DNA of 64,000 bases from the NCBI RefSeq assembly GCF_006345805.1, contig NC_043001.1, positions 59,892,001 to 59,956,000 of the forward strand, in the 5' to 3' direction. The notes under the pieces were generated by a model that saw only the letters and a program-made list of their open reading frames with translations, did not search any database and was not told the DNA's origin. This document shows positions 53,278 to 64,000 of this stretch, in pieces; the first letter of the stretch is position 1; every line of letters starts with the position of its first letter. This DNA comes from Octopus sinensis. Its lineage: Eukaryota. Both the position numbers and the translations under genes were made by a program.

Positions 53278-53535
53278 ATGGGTGAAGGAATTATCCTATG
53301 TTCACCGTTAACATGGAAAAGTCAATGAACCGTTACCAGGGTAGCAAATTCACCTCAGAAACACGGTTGAAGCGACCTATCCAAAGGTAGAAACTCCGGG
53401 TTAATGTGCATTAATTTGTGTGTGTTATAGATGAGTAAATAAATAAATGGAGTTGAACGAAGATGTTAAATAATATTCCTTATATGTCGAAAGTAAAGGA
53501 ATTTTATTAACATCTTCGTTTAACTCCATTTATCT
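53278..53535. repeat. Second copy of the 30638-30985 pLTR-like family, with a short fold-back
   Basis: 53278-53410 is the reverse complement of 30850-30985. aaatggagttgaacgaagatgtt...aacatcttcgtttaactccattt forms the fold-back. Confidence 0.7.
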
Positions 53536-53799
53536 ATGTATTTATCTATGTATTCACATATATATATATATGCGTGTGTGTGTGTCTAATTTATGTATTA
53601 TACACACATACACACACACACACACATACACACACACTCACACATACACACTCACACATACATACACACACACACATGTATATATACATATATATGTGTG
53701 TTTTAGAAACAACTTGCACATGCAAGTGCTACCAGTTGAGAACTCCGCGTATCGGAAGCTAGGAAGTTCACCGGACCTCTCATGATATGAGGCCCCGCT

Positions 53800-54275
53800 T
53801 CCTAGATCAACTGGTTATTAAATAACCCTCAATATTCTTCTAGCCATCGCACATCGTATCTTTTTGTCCAAATCCAGCGGCTAGCCTTTTCCACTGTATT
53901 TTGGATATCGGTCATAAGTGGTATTTACTTTACGATGCTTTAGGTCTAACAATAACAACATTCGTTTCACACCATATCCAACAAACCTTCTACATCCGAC
54001 TGCGATTGGAAAATGCTCCGCTTTCCAGCCTGCGTCTTTATATTCCTCGAGAAAGTTTACAAAGCGGTCAGACTTTCGTACCCGAGCGGTGTCCATGTTA
54101 TCTTCATGAAAACTTGTTAACTCTTCTAGATTCCCAACTTTCTTTCCTTCACACCACATGTACACATACCCATTTGAGGATTTCTTCCGCAAATTTTGCG
54201 GGTGCCGTTAAAGGCACGAAACTAGGTATTAATAGTTTTGGTCGATAACTGAGGAAGAATTAGAGTTCTTATGTC
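53800..54275 (-). pseudogene. Restriction-like endonuclease C-terminus of an R2-superfamily (NeSL/HERO-like) retrotransposon
   Basis: ELTSFHEDNMDTARVRKSDRF..FLEE.KDAGW..EHFPIAVGCRRFV. Confidence 0.7.
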
Positions 54276-54315
54276 TGTCCTACGTGTACGTTTTTAGGAT
54301 TTAATGCATTATCAT

Positions 54316-54358
<43 letters not shown>

Positions 54359-54545
54359 AGAGAGAGAGAGAGAGAGATAAATAGATAGATAGATACATAC
54401 ATACATATATACATATATATATACATATACATATACACACACACACATATATATATACATATTTACATATATATCTATCTATATGTATGTATGTATGCAG
54501 GTATGTATGATGGTATGTGTGCATGTATGTATGTATCTATGCATG

Positions 54546-54667
<122 letters not shown>

Positions 54668-55535
54668 AAGAGAAATAAATGATTTAAAAATTAAGTGCCA
54701 TCACATGATCATGCCTATTAGCCTTTTTACATATTTTCGAGGCATCAATGAATGCGATCTCCATCAGTTGTCATTTTCACAGAGATATAAGAAGTGAATA
54801 TGAGGCTGAATATGACAGAAGGATTTATAGGGACGGGGATGGGTATTGAAATCGAAATAAGAAATTAAGCGATACGTTAAAGAGTAAACAGACAAAGAGG
54901 TGTTCATAATCAATAAAACTCAGTTGTTAAACTTGGAGCTATCACCGCTTCACAGCATCGTCAATTTAGTGCTAACTTCAACAGCGTGCTTAACGTAATA
55001 GATAAATTGTCTGACGCAGTGATTCATACTGACTACATTTGTTCGTCAGATTGTCACATACACTTGCATTGCGCTTCTAGGACAACGTGAACTGAATGAT
55101 TCCCACGGTAATAAAAAGAAACACCATTAAACGGCCATTAAAAGGAACGCCATTAAACGCTGTACACTTTTAAGTTTGAATCCTATGTTTATTATCGGCA
55201 ACGTTATTTAAAAAAAAACTTTCCTAATATGAATAAATTACATTAACAACTGAACACAAACCGTTACAAATATAAACTGCGTTTCTTGATTTTACATCTT
55301 GTATCGCTAACGTAAATTTGTTATGGACATCTTTAATAGTAAACATGTGTTCTGTTTACAATAAAGGTGTGGGCACGTGTGTAGCAATAGTACAACGGAA
55401 CAATGGCCTGGAACTATTTACGTTGTCATATTCTACTATCATCTTCGCAATATTGTCATTTTCTTCATTGTAGCAATACAATTGCATGTATGTATGTATA
55501 TACGTATGTATGTATGTAACAATCTATCTTCATAC

Positions 55536-55579
<44 letters not shown>

Positions 55580-58491
55580 GTGTATATATATATAAGTATA
55601 TATATATGTATATGTAAGTATATACATATATATATATATATGTATGTATGTGTGGGAGTGTGTGTATTTGTGTGTGCACATTTGTGTGGTTATGCATTTG
55701 TCTTTATCTTCACTTTATCACTTGCCATGCCTCTGTTAATAGAGGCTGTCCTTCTTTTTCTAGCACCTTCACTCACATCATCTCATTTTTACAGGTATTT
55801 AATTTCAAATCCTTTTCCGACTTCATTTGCTCATTTTCCTCCCTCCTCTGATTGACACATTTATGAAGAATTGCAACCTTACTTGATAGTTATTCCTTTC
55901 GATGTATCCTGACTTCTTGTATGTGAGGGTTGGCATATTCCTTTGCAGTCTTGCCTTGTCTTTATCCGGAATGGTTTCTTTTGCATATTTAAATCACCTC
56001 TTTCCCGATACTGTTTTATAATTTTGGCATAAGTTCCAGTGTATGGATCACTTGCATTATTATACTTCAGAATGTATGCATGCATTATCTTTAAGATAAG
56101 ACTGGGTGACAAGAGAGAAATAATTGTTCAAACCTAGCCTTTATGTTTCGTAAATATATTTAAAATAAGCTCATCTATTATAAGATCTTTCTAGTTAGTG
56201 ATGGGACGGCTTTGATCTTTTCCGTCGATTTACAAAGTCGCAACTTGAGAATATATAAAACATATCGAAAAATAGGAGAGCGAATAACCTTGATCTGAAA
56301 GTAACTTAATCTCGTTGCACACTAATTATGTTTTCACATCGAAAATGTATCTCGCAAAAGCACAACATAAAAATTGATAGAAAAAATATAAAAAAGAACA
56401 AATTGCATGAAAAGTAATATTTTTAGAGTATGCATACACTATTCATAATTTAAAAATCAATTATTTATCATAATTTCGAAATTATATATAAACGAGAATT
56501 TGACGTAGGCTTAAGACAATTTCCGCTAGCCATAACGTATAAGCATTCACGGAAAGAAAAAATGTCAACGTTCTTCAAGATGATACGCTTCTACATACAA
56601 TAACTATTAATAATTGTTGTGGAATGCTTAAGTATCAGTGAACCTAGATTCAATTGAATTGTTTGGATATCTGCCTAAGAAATATTTATTACTGGGAGAT
56701 GTATGATGTAGTAACGAATTCCTAAAGAATTCCTAAGCGATATATATGTGGAACAAAAATGAGTAGCAATAAATTACATCCATTTAGCTTCTACAATCAA
56801 ATCCTATTTTGGTTAACTTTTTCAATGCTCATAAAATAAATGGCAAAGATTTAATGAGTAGATCTAATCGATTATTGTCCATCTATAAATTTTGTGATCA
56901 TATGCCTATTCTAGGACTCGTTACTTTTATTATTAGACTAACGAAGTTAGAACATTCAAATATCTAAATAATATATTTGTTGCAATTGATGTCTACTAAT
57001 GTTTTTCTGATCATTTTCTCCAGCTAATATGCTATCAAAGACGTATACATATGCACATGCATGCATACATAATACAGATATACATACACACATGCATACA
57101 TACACACGCACACGTAAGTATGTATATATGCATGTATATATGTATATATGTATGTATATATTCATATATATAAATGCTTTCCAATTAGCTTTATTTCTTA
57201 AAATATATTTTTGTCTGTCTTAGATCTGTTATATTTGCATTCCCTTGCTTTTCATCTCAAATTAAATTTTCAGTCAACCGTCTGCTTCTTTGTAATGCTT
57301 AACCGTATTACTGCGAATATATCTGACTAAAATTTCCTTGCTGCTTCAACGGTTGGACCATCACTTCCCCTATGTTCATTCACATTGTCCATCAGAGGTA
57401 AAAGATTATTTTATCGCTGATAAAAAGCCAGTTCCGCTAGTATTGGTTTATATTTTGCATGTGGCTTATGCTTTGACCTTGAGCCGCCTTCAACGAACTC
57501 AGACCGAATGTGTCTTAAACCAATATGGGACATAAAAGTCTGTATTGCTCTAGGAAGAGAAGAGCTTTTGTCACAGTTGAGGTGAGATTATTCAACAGGA
57601 ACACTAAAGGGCGCTGAATATATAAATCCAATATAACTGTCAGAAAGTTGGCAAACTAAAGAACAACCTCATTGCTAATGGCGGTCATGTTATATACCAC
57701 AGACAAAAAGAAAAATGGTGGGACCACGGGCCGGGCAAGGAGAATTGGTCATACAGCATGAACTTTCCGGACTAATAATATGCTTTCTTGTTAGAAAACA
57801 GACCATCGTAGGTTAGAAGCCTTCCCTGTCTTGTTCAACCTTCCAAATCGCTTAGGACTTTCCAAAGCATTGGATACCGATGTGCTATATATTTGGGGAC
57901 TCAAACTAGCCAAGAGCATTCTGTCAACTGTAAATGAAAGGTGTTGGAAGAACACATCTGCCTGCCAACGCCTTTACCCCAGCATCAGCATCAATAAAAG
58001 GAGTAGTAGGACGAAGAGCAACAGTAGTAGCAACAGTAGCAGCAGCAGCAAATCTATCAACAACGAAAATGCACTGAAAGTCACCAGCCGCAGACACCAA
58101 CTCAACAACCCAGGAGAAATGCATCACCAATACAATAATAACGTAGGAGATCGTACCGCTAGAAGTCAATATGACTAAACACATTAACTCAGATATACGC
58201 ATTTGCGCTCACATACCTAGTCCTCTTTGTCACAGATATTCTTCATCTGCACAATTTCGCATTGTAAAGAAATTAGTTTGAAAGGAACATCAGAACAGAT
58301 ACTTGTGAAGGGCAAGAAAATTAAAAACATTACATCACCTAAAACAAAAACAAAAAACAAAGAAGCAAGACAAAGAAACAAACTGACTTAGATAAGAATA
58401 CATAGAAACGGGCAAACTACTAAAATTACAAGCACCACAACAAAGGTAAAGGCAACCAATTCCATACTAAATGGATAGATAAATAGATAGG

Positions 58492-58564
<73 letters not shown>

Positions 58565-59862
58565 GCATACATGCTTACATAATACATACATACATACATA
58601 CATACATGCATACATACATACATACATACATACATACATACATACATACATACATACATTGATACGAGAACATAGGTAATGAAGGATGTAACGAATATTG
58701 ATAAAATTAGATTATTAGATTAGACATATTTATCAAAATGCACAAATTATACCAACTGAGACAATCGAAGTGACATGATCATCACATTGCAACCAGTCAA
58801 CCTAGATAATTCCATAAGAGACATGCGATTTGTTGTTGAATTTCTTGTGTAAGGTATATAATCTGATTTCGTGAATTAGGTTTAAAATATTTATGATGCA
58901 CTAATCAGAGGATAACGGCTTGCCCCATCTTACAAAATTACACATGCCATTATGTGTGTTATACCTTAAATAAATACCTTAAATAAATTTGGTTTGGGAG
59001 AAATATGAAACAACTCATAAATGGAAAGAAGCTTGGAGGATAACTTTACTATGACAAACGACAGGAAAAATTTTAACGTTATGGATACAGTAGATAATAT
59101 AGCCCTGACTCTGTCGGATGAATGGTAAATAGAAAAGTGTACAACCAAAATGTTTTCGCGCCTTCAAGGCGTTTTACGCTATAGAATGTCTAAAACAAAG
59201 TCCCTTAAGATATTGTGCAAGTGGAAAATGATGAATAGTTTAAAAGATTTATAAAAATAAAACGTGAAGTAATTGGGTTTCCATAAGTCTATATTTTATG
59301 CTTCTATTGTGAGGAGCTACAGCAGTTAGGAAAAAAGCCAACGAAAGATGATGTTATAGAAAGCTCGCCTACACTATTTTAGATGACAGAAATGATTGGG
59401 GATAAAGAATTGGCACTCAGAGAAGATATCTGCTGTTAGTTGTAACAAAATTGTACTCGTAAACATAACCAAAGATGTAGACTGTTACTACATTCAGTTT
59501 TACATAGGAACAGGGTTGTTGTCATATTCAAACAGATATTCATAATATCGTCACCTATAAAGAATTTCACTGATGATGATGATGATGATGATGATGAAGA
59601 GGATGATGATGATGATGTCTGTCTAAAAGATGTGGGTATTACCGCATTCTTTGGTATTTCCTTGTGCATGCCTCTTCAGATATATATATATATAACGTAA
59701 AGTGTAACAGCCATCTCAATATGGCTAACCACAAAGTGGGGGTGTTACTGTAGCTTTTAGCCCCAGGAGATCGACGTCTCCAGCTGGCTTTAGACACACT
59801 TTCTGTGCCCTTTAGGTATTTGCAAAGGGAAGCCACCCCTTCCTCGTAAGCCTTAGTGATAC

Positions 59863-59906
59863 GCACCGGACCGCGGTTTCGAGATTATTGTCTCTTATCA
59901 ACGGGC
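59863..59906 (-). ncRNA. Minimal hammerhead ribozyme, U3-A8 core variant
   Basis: Reverse complement: gcCCG TTGATAA GAGA caataa TCTC GAAA CCGCGG TC|CGGtgc. Confidence 0.75.
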
Positions 59907-60220
59907 GGTGACCACCAGGTCACGATGGAAGGCAAGGCTTCCCTTTGCTAATACCTAAAGGGCACAGAAAGTGTGTCTAAAGCCAGCTGGAGACGTCGAT
60001 CTCCTGGGGCTAAAAGCTACAGTAACACCCCCACTTTGTGGTTAGCCATATTGAGATGGCTGTTACACTTTACGTTGTTGAGCGGTTACTGTATACATCT
60101 CGCTCTGAGATTTAATAATGCTTACAGTCAGTTTTTCGAAATCAGTGGCAGACGTCACTAGAAAAACTCTTATATATTTGCAAAGCAAGCCTTACCTTCC
60201 ATCGTGACCTGGTGGTTACC

Positions 60221-60264
60221 GCCCGTTGATAAGAGACAATAATCTCGAAACCGCGGTCATGTGC
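60221..60264 (+). ncRNA. Second copy of the U3-A8 hammerhead (helix I damaged)
   Basis: gcccg TTGATAA GAGA caataa TCTC GAAA CCGCGG TC atgtgc. Confidence 0.6.
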
Positions 60265-60470
60265 GTATCACTAAGGCTTACGAGGAAGGGGTGGCTCCCC
60301 TTTGCAAATACCTAAAGGGCACAGAAAGTGTGTCTAAAGCCAGCTGGAGACGTCGATCTCCTGGGGCTAAAAGCTACAGTAACACCCCCACTTTGTGGTT
60401 AGCCATATGGCTGTTACACTTTACGTTGTTGAGCAGTTACTGTTTACATCTCGCTCTGAGATTTAATAAT

Positions 60471-60535
<65 letters not shown>

Positions 60536-61127
60536 CATACATTTATTGAACCTATGAACATCTAGACATTTTTTTATTTCCGAGCATATTTTCGAGCTCA
60601 TGTTTCACTAGTATTTCGCTAAAGACCATCTCATTCTGTTATGCGGAATTCAATAGGAAAAACGTTCTCATAACGGAATTCTCTGGAATGTGTAATTTTA
60701 GAAGAAGGGGCAAGCCGTTATCCTCTGATTAGAGCATCGTAAATATTTTAGACCCAATTCACAAAATGAGATTATATAACTGGCACAATAAATTCAACAA
60801 CAAAATGCATGTCTCTTATGAAATTATTTAGTTTGAACGGTTCCAATGCGATGATCATATCACTTCGATTGTCGCAGTTGGTATAATTTGTGTATTTTGA
60901 TAAATATGTCTAATCTAATAATCCAAATTTATCATTATTCGTTACATCCTTCATTACCCATGTTTTCGTATCAATGTATGTATGTATGTATGTATGTATG
61001 TATGTATGTATGTATGTATGTATGTATGTATGTATGTATGTATTTATTTATCTATCTATCTAGCTAGCTAGCTAGCTAGCCATTTACTTATCTGTCTTTC
61101 TGCCTGTCTCGCTGTCTGTCTGTCTCT

Positions 61128-61192
<65 letters not shown>

Positions 61193-61392
61193 CAAATAAG
61201 AAAACGGAGAGGATATAAAATCGACAGGCATCACCCTATAAACATTCCAGTATGTCGATTTATTCAAAGATATTGGATGAATATACACACATGTATGAGT
61301 GAAAGGTGTGAGACCATATAAGCATATAGAGACAAATGAGCAATTGAGCAAAAGAACAAACTGGCAATAAACTGAATGGGTATGCATGTGCT

Positions 61393-61459
61393 AGTCCTTT
61401 ACGGCCGTTTCTGCCAAGGGGCAACGAAATCTTCCAGGTAATCTCTAAGTTGTAGGACT
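61393..61459 (-). ncRNA. Hammerhead 3' half; CUGANGA core not recognisable
   Basis: Reverse complement: AGTCCT...TGCC cctt GGCA GAAA CGGCCG TA AAGGACT. Confidence 0.35.
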
Positions 61460-61825
61460 GGCTATGACACCACCCCACTACGAATAGGGATTTCGAGATT
61501 TCTTGACCGGCATAAAAGTAACGAACACTAACACCGCATTTTGGCCTCACCGTTTTTTTTTGTCATTGATACACTCATGCATCAAATTTTCACAAGATAT
61601 ATTCATTATCAGTTGCTTATGCCATACCCTCTGCAACGCTACACCTACTAACTGGCACTCTACATATAAGCTTTCACCTTTGTAACACGGACCATACCAT
61701 CAAACCCTCCATTTTGGATGTTATAACTGTTAAGAGAACGAAAAGGAAATAGAAGCTGAAAGGAAAATGATACTTAGACGAAGTGCTTTTGTTTTGTTCG
61801 TGCTTAATCGCATATATACATACAC

Positions 61826-61876
<51 letters not shown>

Positions 61877-61890
61877 GTGTGTGTGTGTGT

Positions 61891-61953
<63 letters not shown>

Positions 61954-62206
61954 ATACAAAATTTAGAGGATTGACCACTAAAAGTGGACATCCTGTATAC
62001 TAGAAATAGACGTCAAAATCGCCATTTTCCACGGAGAATGTGTTCTCAAAAAAAATTCAGCAAAAAACCAAAGCGTAAAAATAAGCTTTGGTTTTTTGCA
62101 GAATTTTTTCTTGAGAACACATCATCCGTGGAAAATGGCGATTTTGACGTCTATTTCTAGTATACAGGATGTCCAGATTTAGTGGTAAATCCTCTAAATT
62201 TTGTAT
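61954..62206. repeat. Fold-back palindrome at the 3' end of a PLE relic
   Basis: atacaaaatttagagg...gcaaaaaaccaaagc / gctttggttttttgc...cctctaaattttgtat. Confidence 0.85.
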
Positions 62207-62279
62207 GTAAAAAATTTTTAATCTTCGGATTTTTAAAAATATACTTCGTGTAGGCATCTGGGTAATTTTTTAATGAATT

Positions 62280-62880
62280 TATTTATAATGCGCTCATTCG
62301 TTAACTCCTTCGTTAATTTTATCGAGAGTGACTCCTTGGAGAATAATTGACATTAGACATAGTGTTGTAGGGACTCGCGTATCTAAGTATGGACTATGAT
62401 AGGTCGCATTTTGTCTAAGCTTCTTTAAGCGTCCAGATAAAATCGGCCAGTGGTGTTACATGTCGTTTAAGGATATTTCGAATGCTGCCGATGTGGTTGC
62501 GGTAGCAACTCTTGAAAAATTAGGCCGAAGCCCCGATATATCGGGTTATCATTGTTATTGTAATTATTGCTCTGTTAGCTGGTAGTATGATTCGAGTTAT
62601 AAACATTGTCGTTAGGTTGGTCATATGAGTTATGTTTGATGTCGAGTTTATTTTGAGTGCTTGGCAAGTCTTTGCCTCAGTTTACGGCTGTCAATTTTAT
62701 GAATACGGTACTCAAAGTTTGATGAATTTGCATAGGATAATTTTATAGTGTGACGATTGAATATTTTGCTGTACACTCCATTTTTAGGAAAGCAGCAAGC
62801 AAGTGCGGTGAAAAATTGTTTCGCGATCATAGATGAGATGTTGGAGTTCCAGATTGGGTTATATCAAATGACGTCATAGT
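62280..62880 (-). pseudogene. Penelope-like element RT-EN linker and GIY-YIG endonuclease relic
   Basis: YNPIWNSNISSMIAKQFFTALACCFPKNGVYSKIFNRHTIKLSY (PLE linker); RYIGASA*FFKSCYRNH...LADFIWTLKE; SPYN. Confidence 0.8.
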
Positions 62881-63188
62881 TTTTATATTGTCAGTTAGGT
62901 CTGTTTGTCTGGGTGCTTGGAGCGGCAATTGTATATATATATATATATTTATCTATCTACCTATCTACCTAAGTAGATAGATAGAGAGATACATACATAC
63001 ATACACGCACATATACCTACTTACGTACATATATACATACATACATGCATACATAGATACATACATATGCATGTGTGTGTTTCTGTGTCTGCGTATGCTT
63101 ACATGCGTTTTAACCATTCAATTAATCAATAGATCAATCAATCTGTCTGTGTGTCTATCTATCTACCTATCTATCTATCATCTATATA

Positions 63189-63219
<31 letters not shown>

Positions 63220-63790
63220 GTATGTCTGTCTATCTGTTTGTCTATATGTCTGCCAGTCTGTCTGTCTATCGATACATGTATATCATTGATAGATATATAT
63301 ATGTGGATGTGCCTATATTTATGTGCGTTTGTGTTTGTGCGCTTATGTATGTTTATGTGTGTGTTTGTGTGTCTGTCTGTGTGCTTGTGTTTGCATGTGT
63401 GTGTGTAACTGCATAAGTATATGTAAGCAATGCACGGTTGTGAAATAAAGATTTAGGAATAAATGAGAGCACAATAGATATGTACATAAACGCGTGAACT
63501 TCACATTTGTTGACGACAAGATGGCACCAAATTTCGTCACCTTGAAATATAGTTCATCCGTCAATGTTGCAGTTGGCAACCTGCCGGGGTACTGATGAGC
63601 GTAAATTAAGAAAAGAAAGTGAAGAAACTAATTATACATTTCTGGTATGAAAACAATGGAAGAAAGGGAACATATACTGTCTTCGTTTGAAACGGCAAAA
63701 ATATAATCCAAAACAGATCTGTATATATGTAAACGAAATATATATATATGTATATGCGTATATATATATATTATATATATATATATAATA

Positions 63791-63849
<59 letters not shown>

Positions 63850-63861
63850 TATGTATATGCG

Positions 63862-63892
<31 letters not shown>

Positions 63893-63900
63893 GTATATGC

Positions 63901-63944
<44 letters not shown>

Positions 63945-64000
63945 ATATGTACGTATGTATGTATATATATATTTATATTTAATATCTATATCTATATCTA

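Larger units (their letters stand above)
59694..60468. mobile_element. HHR-bearing element: inverted copy (59694-59940) plus tandem direct copies (period about 357 bp), between (TA)n tracts
   Basis: 59941-60118 matches 60298-60468. 59694-59940 is the reverse complement of 60187-60427. Confidence 0.85.
58657..60976. repeat. Large inverted repeat (about 290-bp arms at 58657-58950 and 60684-60976) enclosing a possible pogo/Tigger relic and an HHR element
   Basis: cattgatacgagaacataggtaatgaagg...gataacggcttgcccc versus ggggcaagccgttatc...cattacccatgttttcgtatcaatg. The internal KNFNVMDTVDNIAL weakly resembles TIGD-type transposases. Confidence 0.75.

Noticed and set aside
63590-63640. CTGATGA box (also at about 13360, 15024, 23688, 24189 rc and 59570)
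   Set aside because: No correctly placed helix II, GAAA or UH; consistent with chance or microsatellite sequence.

Overview
Eukaryotic, AT-rich, microsatellite-saturated region. The SINE families and the (TA)n/(TATG)n/(AAT)n density suggest an octopus-like cephalopod genome (inference). No host protein-coding exon is recognisable, and nearly all listed ORFs are microsatellite translations or transposon relics. Transposon content: a full-length mariner nested at a TA inside a Helitron helicase, Helitron relics, a Tc1 relic, a Tx1-like LINE, two R4/Dong-like RT relics, three CR1/L2-group LINE copies (one with tandem CCCH zinc fingers upstream), an RLE-endonuclease relic, tRNA-derived SINEs and several Penelope-like (PLE) RT/GIY-YIG relics. 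Main discovery: about 20 minimal type-I hammerhead ribozyme (HHR) motifs, intact to degenerate, on both strands. They belong to several distinct short, apparently non-coding repeat families that sit between (TA)n tracts as tandem and/or inverted copies (PLE pseudo-LTR or retrozyme-like). Highlights: an apparently identical direct repeat with two intact HHRs 404 nt apart, a U3-A8 compensatory core variant, a U4C variant, helix-I covariation between copies, and family-specific palindromic helix-III hexamers. All folds were made by eye and no activity is demonstrated.
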